Positions 1 through 10,974 of a stretch of DNA of 64,000 nucleotides are shown one piece after another. Position 1 is the stretch's first letter, and each line of letters begins with the position of its first letter. Location of the stretch: the NCBI RefSeq assembly GCF_009914755.1, contig NC_060928.1. One strand, written 5' to 3'. Below the pieces are notes generated by a model that was not told where the DNA came from, searched no databases, and worked only from the letters and a program-made list of their open reading frames with translations. Source of the stretch: the human T2T-CHM13v2.0 reference genome, Homo sapiens. The translations under genes were made by a program, and so were the position numbers.

Positions 1-630
1 CAGCGGGAATGTGAAATGCTTCAGCTGCTATGAAAAACAATGTGGAGGTTTCTCAAAAAAATTAAAATAAAATTACTGTATGATCCAGAATCCCACTTCT
101 GAGTATTTCCACAAAAGAACAAAAATCAGAAACTTGAAGAGCTATTAGCACTACTATGTTCATTGCAACATTATTACATTTATGTAATAGCCAAGATGTA
201 GGAACAACCTCAATGCCTATTGGGAAATAAATGAATATAGAATGTGTGGAATATATATGCAATGGAATACTATTCAGCCTTACAAAAGAAGAAAACTCTG
301 TAACACATGACAACATGGATGAACCTTGGGGACATTATGCTAAGTAAAATAAACCAGTCACACAAACACTGAATGATTCCACTTATATAAGGTATCTAAA
401 ATAATCAAATCCATAGATTCAAAGAGTGAAATGGTGGTTGCCAGGGGCTGAATAGATAGGGAAATGGGAAGTTACTAATCAACGGGCATAACATTTCCAT
501 TAAACCAGATGAAAAAGCTCTGCTGTACATCATTGTACCTATAGTGAACAATACTGCATTATACACTTAAAAAAAATTGAGGGAAGATCTCATGCTTAGT
601 GTTCATTCTTACCACAAGAAAATAAAAATT
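1..630 (+). mobile_element. L1MA-type LINE-1 3' end (L1MA8/9-like), truncated by window start
   Basis: ORF2 C-terminal/3'UTR motifs (tatgatccagaatcccacttctgagtat; atggatgaaccttggggacattatgctaagt), ending gatctcatgcttagtgttc...accacaagaaaataaaa. Confidence 0.75.
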
Positions 631-664
631 TTTAAAAAGAAGAAGAAAACAAAAAGTTATAGTG

Positions 665-890
665 TTATAATAGTGTTAAAAAGTAGATTGGTGGTTGCCT
701 GGGGCCAACAGCATGGGGAAGGAATTGAGTACAAAAGGGGATGAAGGATTTGGGGGGGTGGTGGAAACATTCATATCATGATTGTAGTGGTAATAACACA
801 CAATACATATACATCAAAATCCATTAAAACTTTAAAACTGATTAATTTTTTGAACATAAATCATATCCCAATAAAGCAGATTTTAAAAAC
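665..890 (+). mobile_element. Older L1M (L1MB/ME-like) 3' end fragment
   Basis: agtagattggtggttgcctgggg...tgattgtagtggt...ccaataaagcagattttaaaaa, typical L1M terminal motifs. Confidence 0.55.
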
Positions 891-1113
891 ATATCAGAAT
901 GGCAGACATGAAATGGTCATTATTTGCTGATGACATTTGTTTACATAAGAACTCCAAGAAGTCAATAAGATATTAAAATAAATAAGTAAATTCAACATTG
1001 TTGTTGATATTTCAACAAGATTATCTGACAAAAATATAAAACCTTGTTATACCATAATCAATTTGAAAGTGCAACAAAACAAAGGAATACATGAGAAAAA
1101 GCTTCCGAAGACT

Positions 1114-1262
1114 CACAATAGCAAAGACATGGAATCAACCTAAATGCCCCTCAGTGGAAGACCGAAGAAAATGTGGTCCATATACACATGGCCCATATAC
1201 ACCATGGAACACTATGCAGCCATAAAAAAGAACAAGATCACATCCTTAGCAGGAATATGATA
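1114..1262 (+). mobile_element. Short L1P 3' fragment
   Basis: cacaatagcaaagacatggaatcaacctaaatgccc...tatgcagccataaaaaagaac. Confidence 0.65.
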
Positions 1263-1270
1263 AAACATAC

Positions 1271-1806
1271 TGTATTAGTTATCTATTGCTGCTTAACACA
1301 TCATCCCCAAAATTTTCCTGCTTAAAACACAAACATTTATTATCTCTCACTGTTTCTGAGAGTCAGGAATCTGAAAAGGTGTAGCTCCAGATTCTGGCTT
1401 AGGGTTTCCTGTAAGTTTGCAGTCAAAGTGTTGGCCAGGCTACAGTTGCTGAAGACTTAGCTGGGGCTGAATGATCTGCTTCCATGTTCATTCATGTGGC
1501 TGTTTGGCAAAAGACTTCAGTTTCTCACAATATGGGTCTCTGAATAAAGCTACTTATTACATAGCTTCCACCAGAGCAAGTAAAATGTGCATGCATAAGA
1601 TTGAGAAAGAGAGAACCCAAGATGGAATCCACAGTTGTTTCATAACCTACTCTCAGAAGTGACATGCCATCACTTTTGTTATGGTCTATTTGTTTAGAAG
1701 TGAATTATTTAGTATAGCCCACATTCAAGGAAGAAGAGATTACACAAGGTAATCAATACCAAAAGGTAGGGATCACTGGGAGCCCTCTCAAAGGCTGACT
1801 ACCAAA
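1271..1806 (-). mobile_element. MaLR solo LTR (MLT1 family)
   Basis: Begins tgtattagttatctattgctg (reverse complement of the MLT1 3' end); gaagtgacatgccatcacttttg and agcccacattcaagg motifs. Confidence 0.7.
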
Positions 1807-1829
1807 GACACCCTTAAAAATTAAAAGAG

Positions 1830-2444
1830 GAGACACTAACAAGGGGAAAATACTTGCAACACATGTGATAAACAAAGAATGTATCCAGAATACATAAAGA
1901 ATTCCAAGAAAGCAAAAAGAAAAAGGCAAATAATTCAGATAAAAATAAGCAAATTAACAGAACAGCCCAAATATATGTCTGGTAAATATCTATCTGGAAA
2001 GTTGCCTGATCTCACTTATAATCAGAAATAATGTGAAATAAAAATAAACCACACAAATTATTTCATACCCATTCTATTAGCAAAAACTAACAAGCCTACC
2101 AATACTTGGCAAGGATGTGAGGACATAAAGAGTCTCATATCCTTCAAATAGAAATGTAAATCAGTAAAATCATTTTGGAGAACAATCTGGCAATTTCTAA
2201 TAAAGTTGACAATGGAAATACTCTATGGCTCAGCAGTTCTAATCATTGATACATACCTTGGAGAAACTCCTATACATGTGTCCCAGACAAGAGTCTTTTC
2301 CAAACAAGTAAATAATGTTCCCTGCAGCCTTATTTGTTTGTACAAAATTCTGGAAACATTCTAAATATTCATCAGTAAGGGAACAGATGAATAAGCAATT
2401 CATAAAAATGAATACCATATATCCAATACAACAAATAAACTAAA
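1830..2444 (+). mobile_element. Old L1M ORF2-end/3'UTR fragment, left part (split by the provirus)
   Basis: aaaatacttgcaacacat...tatccagaatacataaagaattc...ttggcaaggatgtggag; continues after 8478. Confidence 0.6.
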
Positions 2445-2942
2445 TGCTGAGGCCAGCTCGGTCATGGAGACCCTAACCCAGCGGTGCTAGAGGAATTAAA
2501 GACACACACATAGAAATACAGAGTGTGGAGTGGGAAATCAGGGGGCTGACAGCCTTCAGAACTCAGAGCAACAAACAGAGTTTTACCTACATGTTTATTG
2601 ATAGCAAGCCAGTGATCAGCATTGTTTGTATAGATTATAGATAAACTAAAATGGGAAACAAAGAGATGGGCTGAAACAAAGGCTGGGGCTCTGACTAGTT
2701 ATCTGTAGCAGGAACATGTCCTTGAAGCACAGATCACTCACGCTATTGTTTCTGGCTTAGGAACACCTTAAGTGGTTTTCTGCCCTCAGTGAGCCAGGTG
2801 TTCCTTGCCCTCATTCTGGTAACCCACAACCTTCAGTGTGGGCATTATGGCCATCACAAACATGTCACAGTGCTGCAGAGATTTTGTTTATGGCCAGTTT
2901 TGGGGCCAGTTTATGGCCAGATTTGGGGGCCTGTTCCCAACA
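2445..2942 (-). repeat. 3' LTR (MER9)
   Basis: Direct repeat of 7984-8478; PPT immediately upstream on the minus strand. Confidence 0.93.
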
Positions 2943-2960
2943 TGTTCCCTTTTTGTTTTT
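2943..2960 (-). other. Polypurine tract
   Basis: Minus strand reads AAAAACAAAAAGGGAACA, abutting the TG of the 3' LTR. Confidence 0.8.
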
Positions 2961-4044
2961 GCAAGATGATAAAAGCAACTCACAGGAGTTGGGATCTGCA
3001 TCTGCAGACTATACAAAGGCAAACAACACAGATTAAAAGCACAATCATCATTGAAATCACAGAGCCTCCAAGTGTTTTTATCTATTTTAATGGGTTACTA
3101 GCTGCTAATCTGTCTGCAGCTCCTTCAAGCACTCCAGTTCCTGGCATTAAAGTCAGGTGTGCCCAGGAGGCTTTATATATTTGTTCTTTTAATTGTGCAA
3201 TATCCAAAGGCAAGTTTGCAGAGTGTCCTTCTAGATGCTTTTTTATTCTTTCCCAAATTTTGATATTATTAAGAGCCATTAATAGTTTCCACAAATCCTT
3301 ATGCTTAGCTCCTACAGCAGGCCATACCATTTGTGGTTGAGGTGCCACTATACCGCCATGTTTCCAGATAATAGGAACTCTTGTCGTACTTCTTATCATT
3401 TCTACCATCTGACCATTTTGTTTAGACCAGCTGAACATAGTGTGGCCATGGCACGCAGACTGAGAGGTGCAATTTAAGCTAACATCCCCTTAGGGGACCA
3501 ATCAATAATGATTCCATAGGAATCATTGCACAGCACCTCTGCCTGTTCTGCAATGCAATCTTCCTAAACAAGTACATTCATTATTTCCGGCCACGTCCAC
3601 TTCTGTTTACAAATAGGTTTTTGAGGGTGGTATGCCTCAATTATAGGAGCAGATTTATTATGGTAAATACTGAGATCAGAAAGCATGTATAACTGTTTCA
3701 CAGAGTGATAACATCCAGGCATTATTGCCAGCCAAGATTGATAAATATGCCCAATAAGTATAATTGTTCTCTGTGCCAGTCCTTGTTGAAGGAACACTCA
3801 TGGCAATGGTGATCACCACTATCATAGCTATCATTAAATTACTCATTGTGACTGGTTGTCCCACTTTCCTTAGATTTTCTTCTGCCATCTGTGACAGCTT
3901 CTTGATCTGTCCCCAGGTAGGTGGCTGTGTTTGACAGGTGTTGCTTGTGACAGTTGGGGTCTTCCTCAGCATTAGTCTCAACATGGCTGCAACTGGGGGG
4001 TCCTCAGGATCCTCCTGGAATCTCTTCCTCGGCATCTGGCTCAT
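2945..4044 (-). pseudogene. env: HML-3 env remnant: signal peptide, partial SU, TM C-terminal half; internally deleted
   Basis: ORF 3676-4044 PPTWGQIKKLSQMA...NYTYWAY matches the HML env leader; ORF 3082-3438 LDIAQLKEQIYKAS..HLTLMPG matches the TM heptad; hydrophobic anchor VISMMIVLLICVVCLCIVC near 3005-3060. Confidence 0.9.
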
Positions 4045-6575
4045 GATAAGGTTTCAGGTGTCTTGATGGTATCCAAATCAGCTACTGGTTCTGGCCTGGA
4101 GAAACACAAGCATAACCTCTACCCCAAGTTATTATTTTACCTACTTCCCAACTTTCTGTTATCGGATCTCTCCACCTAACCAGTTGTTCTGCTTCTGTCT
4201 TTGCAGCTGGTTTCTGTAGATGCTGTTCAGCTGCTGATAGCATCTGGCCTGTAGGCAGGCTCAAAAAATTTAAAGTCGATAATGCTAGATTCAATTGCAT
4301 ATGGGTTGTCCCATAGTCCCTATTTCCCCCTTTTTGCTTTTGCAACTGCTGTTTCAGGGAGAGATTCATTCTTTCCACTATGGCTTGTCCTTGAGAATTA
4401 CATGGGATACCAGTAATGTGTTTAATATTCCATATAGAGAAAAATGTAGCTACAGCTTGGCTAGTATAGCCTGGGGCATTGTCCGTTTTAGTAGAAGCTG
4501 GAATGCGCATCACTGGAAAACACTGCAAAAGGTGACGTTTAACACGGACACAAGACTCTCCTGATGGCATGTAGCCCAGACAAAGTGGGAAAATGTATCT
4601 ACACATACATGTACATAAGCTAATCTCCCAGATGAGGGAACATGTGTGACATCCATTTGCCAGAGAGAATTAGGTTCCAATCCTTGAGGATTAACTCCTC
4701 CTGTAAAAGATGAGGAATGCACCATTTGGCAAGTTGGGCATCGCTAGATAATAGCTTTAGCTTCCTTCTAGGTAATGCTGTATCTGCTTTTGAGACCAGA
4801 GGCATTAACATGGGTTAAATTGTGAAAGTGTCTGGCATTAGACATTGCAGTAGCAACTAGGCCATCAGCCATTTGATTCCCTGCACTCAAAGGTCCTGGG
4901 AGAGGTGTATGAGCCCTAATATGAGTAATGTAAAAAGGGTGCACTCTACTCCTAACTGTTGCTTGCAATTGGATAAATAAAAACATCAGTTATTCATCTG
5001 TATGAAATTGTAACTGAGCATTTTCAACTAACTGTGTAGAATGAACCATGTATGAAGAATCAGAAATCACATTAATAGGCATATCAAAAACAGTCAATAC
5101 CTCAATTACAGCTACAAGCTCCGCTTTTTGAGCTGAAGTATAGGGCGTTGGAAAAACTTTACCTTTCGAGGCAGAATAAGTAGCTTTACCATTACTAGAC
5201 CCATCTGTGAAGGCATTTTCAGCACCTTCAATTGGTTTAAATTTAGTTATTTTAGGGAGAATCCAATTAATTTCAAAAATTGAAACAACTTTGTTTTAGG
5301 AAAATGGTTATCGAGAATACCCACACAGTCAGCTAAATGGGTTGGCCAAGTAAGACTATTTACAAAAGCTTGATGTATTTGTGCCTTTGTGAGAGGGACA
5401 ATAATTTTTCCAGGATCATATCCATGTAATTTAACAATCTGAGTTCTCCCAGTTCCTATCACAGTAGCGATTTGATCCAAATAAGGAGTTAAGAGTCCGT
5501 GAATTGGTAAGTGGAAGAAAAAGCCATGCTACTAAGTCCTGCTCTTGGACAATAACAACAGTAGGTGAATGCTGAGTTGAAAAAATTAGCAAATCTAGAG
5601 TCTTTTCTTGACCTATTCTATTTATTTGAGTCTTATGCACTTGTTTCTCCATTAGCTGTAACTCTGCCTCAGCCTCCTTTGTTAATTGTTGAGAGCTAGT
5701 GAGACTAGGATCTCCTCTAAGGACAGAAAATAGATTACTCATGGCATAGGTAGGAATGCCTAGAGCAGATCGTATCCAGTTGATGTTCCCTAGTAATTTC
5801 TGAAAGTCATTTAATGTTTTTAATTGATCCCTATGTACGGTTACTTTCTGTGGCACTATTGTAGTGTCACTTACTAAGGTCCCCAAGTAGGAGTAAGGAG
5901 TAGTAGTCTGAATTTTGTCAGGAGCTATAATTAAACCAGCATGAGAAACCAAGTTTTGCGAGTGATCATAACATTGGAGTAATATTTCTCGAGTGGGGCA
6001 GCACAAAGTATATGGTCCATATAATGAATAATGTAACATTGTGAAAATTTTTTATCAGCAGGTTCAATTGCTTGCCCTACATAAGTCTGGCAAATTGTTG
6101 GACCATTTAACATGCCTTGTGGCAACACTTTCCAATGAAAACACTTAGCAGGCTGCAGGTTGTTTACTGCAGGAATTGTAAATGCAAACCATTCACAGTC
6201 TTGCTCAGCTAAGGGGATAGTAAAGAAACAGTCTTTTAAATCTATGACTATTAAAGACCAATTTTTTGGAATCATAGCAAGAGAAGGCAGTCCTGGCTGT
6301 AATGCCCCCATAGGGTGTATAACTGAATTAATGCCTCTTAAGTCAGTTAACATTCTCCATTTACCTGATTTTTTCTTAATAACAAAGACTGGAAAATTCT
6401 AGGGGGAAAAATGTTGGAGCTATGTGTCCTTTTTCTAATTGTTCAGTAACTAAGTCCTCTAAAGCCTCCAGTTTCTCTTTTACTCAGTGGCCATTGTTCT
6501 ATCCAAATCGGCTTACCCTTTAACCATTTTAAAGGTATAGGTTCTGGAGGCTTAACAATGGCCGCCATCAAAAAT
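4005..6575 (-). pseudogene. pol: HML-3 pol (RT-RNaseH-integrase), several frameshifts and stops
   Basis: [24 protein letters not shown] (YMDD mutated), LNDFQKLLGNINW, HIRAHTPLPG, HHCC zinc finger, WQMDVTH/KTDNAP/IVERMN DDE triad, ITWGRGYACV. Confidence 0.95.
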
Positions 6576-7312
6576 GATACCCTAAACCCTGGCAGGAACT
6601 TTGTCTTTCCGCTTGAAGTGGTTCCTTCAAACCTCACAAATTGTTTCCTAGTCCCATACCAGGGACATACCCCATTTCATGCATCATATGTTGACTTTGA
6701 GGGCTGTATAATTGCTCTGGAATAAGAACTTGTGCTCCCCGTTGTTGCAATAAATATCTTCCCCATAAATTTATAGGTACAGAGTTATAATTGGTTGAAT
6801 AGTCCCAGGCTGTCCATCAGGTCCTTCACAATGCAAAATACAACTACTCTGATAAAATATAACTACTTGGATATACTTCAGGGGCTTTACCAACTCCAAC
6901 TATGTTAAATTGAGCGGGTTGAATTGGCCATGCGGATGGCCAGTGCTGTAGAGAAATGATTGAAATGTCCACTCCTGTATCTACCAAACCTTTAAATTTC
7001 TTTCCCTGAATAGTTATTTCACAGGTAGGACGTTTATCAGTACTTTGATTTACCCAATAAGCTGCTTTGCCTTGTTTATTTGTGCTTCCAAATCGCTGTT
7101 CGTTTAATTTCACTTTTCCCCCATTTCCACATACAGCATAATCAGGAGCTGTGCTATACGCTCTCCTAGCTCTGCTTTCCAGGGAACAGAAGTAGATATA
7201 ACAGTTTGAATTTCCCCATTGTAATCTGAATCAATGACTCCTGTATGTACTTGCACTCCTTTTAAATTTAAACTAGATCTACCTAGAAGTAATCCTGCTG
7301 TCCCCACTGGCA
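6567..7312 (-). pseudogene. pro: HML-3 pro (truncated dUTPase, aspartic protease, G-patch)
   Basis: GLLLGRSS, GVIDSDYNGEI, ERIAQLL (dUTPase); LVDTGVD (protease active site); [14 protein letters not shown] (G-patch); a short local duplication near 6835-6870 breaks the frame. Confidence 0.92.
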
Positions 7313-7833
7313 TCATCTGACTGGAGACAGCAACATTCTTTAACAGTCCCATTACAAAAAGAAAACCTGGTCCATATTGATTAATAGCTTGTTTAAATTC
7401 TTGGAGTAGTTTAAAAGGAAAAGGCTCAAATGTAGCTATAATATTTCCCTATTGATCTAGGGGGTGTATTCTAACAGGGAACTGCCAAGCCTCTGTATCA
7501 CCCTCTCTTCTAGCTTGCTGGATTCCTGCCTGAAAAGAACTGAGAGCAGTCGCTTGAGGCACTGCCCGAACAGTCACTGGGGCAACTACTTTTCACCCAG
7601 TGTCCTCCAGAAAAGAAAGATCTGGAGGGTCAAGCTACTCTTTTTTCTTCAAAATAATGAGAGGGTGCAGAAGGGTTGGGACAAACCTCTCCCTCCTTTG
7701 CCACTTTAGCTTTAGCTGGCAAACAAACCTGCTCTGTCACCTCTTATATTACCTCATTATACTCTCCTTCCTCCTCATCATTAGTGTGAAAAGGTTCCAA
7801 GGTAGAACGAACCAGAGCCCACGCTTGTCCCAT
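7313..7833 (-). pseudogene. gag: HML-3 gag remnant (MA almost absent, PSAP late motif, CA N-terminus only)
   Basis: Hand translation from ATG 7833: MGQAWALVRSTLEPFHT...PNPSAP...AWQFPVRIHP...FEPFPFKLLQEFKQAINQYGPG, with in-frame stops. Confidence 0.85.
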
Positions 7834-7962
7834 TGTTACCCTGATGCTTCTGAGCTCTGCTTCTTACTCACCACAGGGATTGCTTAAGAGTACTTGGGTG
7901 TCCCCCAGCATAGTTCCACATTCTCCAACCATCACTCCGGTGACCCTTTGACCTGGGTTTGA

Positions 7963-7981
7963 GCCCCACATATGGGCATCA
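7963..7981 (-). promoter_or_regulatory. Primer-binding site, tRNA-Lys(CUU)
   Basis: TGATGCCCATATGTGGGGC versus canonical TGGCGCCCAACGTGGGGC, 2 nt downstream of the 5' LTR. Confidence 0.85.
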
Positions 7982-7983
7982 CT

Positions 7984-8478
7984 TGCCAAGGCCAGCTCAG
8001 TCATGGAGACCCTAACCCAGTGGCGCTACAGGAATTAAAGACACACACATAGAAATATGGAGTGTAGAGTGGGAAATCAGGCAGCTGACAGCCTTCAGAA
8101 CTGAGAGCCATGAACAGTTTTACCCACGTTTACTGACAGCAAGCCAGTGATAATCATTGTTTCTACAGATTATAGGTTAACTAAAATGGGAAACAAAGGG
8201 ATGGGCCGAAACAAAGGGATGGGCTCCAGCTAGTTATCTGCAGCAGGAACATGTCCTTAAGGCACAGATGGCTCATGCTATTGTTGGTGGCTTAGGAATG
8301 CCTTAAGCAGTTTTCCACCCTGGGTGGGCCAGGTGTTCCTTGCCCTCATTCCAGTAAACCCACAACCTTCAGCGTGGGTGTCATAGCCAGCACAAACATG
8401 TCACAGTGCTGCAGAAATTTTGTTTATGGCCAGTTTTGGGGCCAGTTTATCGCCAGATTTGGGGGCCTGTTCCCAACA
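7984..8478 (-). repeat. 5' LTR (MER9)
   Basis: Direct repeat of 2445-2942; about 12 differences in the first ~120 nt by hand count, many at CpG. Confidence 0.93.
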
Positions 8479-8830
8479 CTAAAACTATGAATATCATCAT
8501 ATATAGATCACAAAACAATACTGAATTAAAAAGCAGATTGTAGAATAATATGTGAACCAAATGCATATACATACAAATATTTCTAATATGCACAAAGCAC
8601 AATTATACTATTTATAAATGCATTAAGATAGTTAAAGTATCAAAACATGAATCATAAAGATACATCCTAAATTCATGATAGTGACTGACTCTGGGGAAGA
8701 AAACAAAAGAGCATTCTTTTAATAATAAAATTGAAAGAAAAAATGAAAACAATTTATCTTTGTTGGTTCCAGATGATATTATTTTGTTCTTTGTAACTTT
8801 CTGTATCGATTACATTTTTCACAAAATATG
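8479..8830 (+). mobile_element. Old L1M 3'UTR, right part
   Basis: Continues the L1M interrupted at 2444 (atcacaaaacaatactgaattaaaaagcagattgtagaataatatg). Confidence 0.55.
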
Positions 8831-8989
8831 CCACTTGAGTACCTGGTCACCATACCCTGACAACCTAAATATGAGTAAGACATGCTCCTTATTCAAAAGA
8901 AACTTACAGTGAGTTCTTGATGCATAAACACCTTAAAATTCAGTGGATTAAAAGAGCACTCATTTATTCTTCTGGATTTGGGCTATGGA

Positions 8990-9125
8990 AAAACAGTAAT
9001 GCATGAGGCCTTTTGAAGCCCAGGTTTGTAACTGGCATGAAGTCACTTTACCGAATTTTGTTGGACAAAGCAAGTTACAATGACCATGCCCAGCTTCAAG
9101 GAGTGGGAAAGATGGACCTGCACCC
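8990..9125 (-). mobile_element. Old MLT1 LTR fragment
   Basis: aactggcatgaagtcacttt...ttggacaaagcaagttacaa...cccagcttcaaggagtggg. Confidence 0.45.
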
Positions 9126-10291
9126 TAGTTTCTGCACCCACTTCTTCCATTGTACTTCCATTGTGTTCTCCTAGTCCATCTTCACTCTCCCTTTTTGGTT
9201 TTAAGCTTTCTATTGGCGTATCATTTCTTTCTAAAGTAGAATTGCAGTATCTTTCAGCATGAAGATTTTGGTTTCTAAAAATTATAAAGAGATTCCTGAG
9301 AGGGCAGTTAATACTGAAAGTAGCTCAAAAAGAGTCACTTTTTTCAAAGTTAGATATTTCCGAAGGAAAATGCATAAAAGCAGCCTTATTTCCTTTCTTC
9401 ATTCAGCTTTAAATGAAACAAAATTAAATTTATTTTAAATTTCATAATGTTTCCAATTAAAGTATCATGTTAACTTAGAATAAAAGCAGTGAGGATCCTG
9501 TAAATGTCGCTCCACTGATTCTTGTTCTTGCTATAAAAAGTTTAAGTAAACAAATGAGGGAAATGGCTATAATAAAGGAAAGAAACAACAAAATCTTAGG
9601 TTTGTATGGCTTCTTAGGTGGACAGTTATTGGTTTATTGCCACTTTATAGATGAGGTACAAAGAGATTATAAACAAAATATCTTCAGAATTAAGATATTA
9701 AGGTAGAAAAATATCCTTAAGTATTAAGGAACAGAGAGATTAAGTGACATGCCTATTTAAGTGGAAATACCAGTCTTTGACTTGAGTGTTTTGACTTCTC
9801 TCCCAGAATTCTTTGCACACTACCAAGCTGTAACAATAGATGAATTTGCATTTTTCTTCCTGAGTTGAAGAAAACAGTAGTAAAGAAGGATTGCCATCTA
9901 TCTGAACAAGCACGACTGAAAAGACCAATGAATTTGGTAATTTTCCAAAACTCTTAGCTTGAGAAAGATTATTTTAATCAATACATAATTTTTTCGACTT
10001 AACATTTATTTTTACCAAAATTTTCATCTCACTCATATCTGTCTCTAATTTTTATTTAATCATCTTATTTCCATAAATATTTGTATTCTCATTAGCTGTT
10101 GCTTTTCTCATAAGCCATACTGTTATCTGAGACCATCCTAAGGGGTCTATTTCAGTATGTTTGGCAATACTATGATTTCCAATAACTCACCAAAAAAAGT
10201 AAAAGAGCTCATCAATTTTAGTCATCTAGTGAAGAAGATAATTTCGAAGACGTCTTTTCTAAGTTCTTCTTATAGTTGAGCCTTCCAATCC

Positions 10292-10695
10292 TATGATGAT
10301 TAGTTTTATGTGTCAGTTTGACTGGGCCACAGGGTCCCCAGATAACTGATTAAATATTATTTCTGGGTGTGTCTGTGAAGGTGTTTCTGAATGAAATTAA
10401 CATCTGAATCAGTAAACTGAGTAAAGCAGATTGCTGTCCCCAGTGTGGGTGTGCCTTATCCAATCCGTTGAAGGCCTGAATAAAATAAAAGGCTAAAAAA
10501 GCAAGAATTCTTTCCCTCTGTCTGACTGTCTCTGAGCTGGGACATTGGTCTTCAGACTTAGATTCAAACTGGAACTTATACTGACTCTCCTGTTCTCAGG
10601 CCTTTGGACTCAAACTGAAACTATATCATTAGTTCTCCTGAGTCTAGACCTCTCCATAACCAGTTGATCCAATTGCTTAATTTATATGTGTGAAT

Positions 10696-10729
<34 letters not shown>

Positions 10730-10773
10730 TGTGTGTATCCTATTGGCACTGTTTCTCCTAAGAACCCTAATAC
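10292..10773 (+). mobile_element. ERVL solo LTR (MLT2 family)
   Basis: tgatgattagttttatgtgtcagtttgactgggccac...tctgggtgtgtctgtgaaggtgtttc...tcctattgg...gaaccctaataca. Confidence 0.85.
10698..10736. repeat. (TG)n microsatellite inside MLT2
   Basis: Direct reading. Confidence 0.95.
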
Positions 10774-10974
10774 AAGTCCCAAAACGGAATCCTGCACAAT
10801 TCCATAACTGACTACTCAAGTAACCAATCAGCCAATATCCTGGGCTATCATTTTACTTGCATAAAACTTTTGAGTATTTCAATAACTGTCAAAAAGCTGA
10901 TAATTTGGTAGTTAGTAGTAATATAGGATGATAGAATATTAGGACTAGAAAAACCTAGAACCTCTTGAAACCTC

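Larger units (their letters stand above)
2445..8478 (-). mobile_element. HERV-K(HML-3)/HERVK9 provirus with two MER9 LTRs, internally deleted and defective
   Basis: Direct ~500-bp LTRs with TG...CA ends; 5-bp TSD CTAAA at 2440-2444 and 8479-8483; tRNA-Lys PBS; PPT; gag-pro-pol-env order with betaretroviral dUTPase and G-patch; LTR begins TGTTGGGAACAGGCCCCCAAATCTGG, which I recognise as MER9. Confidence 0.93.

Noticed and set aside
1001-1018. Hairpin ttgttga-tatt-tcaacaa
   Set aside because: A 7-bp AT-rich stem is expected by chance in 64 kb.
2789-3340. 183-aa plus-strand ORF as an antisense retroviral gene
   Set aside because: It starts at GTG, is antisense to env and the LTR, and has no recognisable motif; most likely a shadow ORF.
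4082-6353. Functional RT or integrase
   Set aside because: Multiple frameshifts and stops; the RT motif is YMDH instead of YMDD.
7950-7983. tRNA-Lys gene
   Set aside because: Only the 3' ~28 nt match and they abut the LTR, so this is the PBS.
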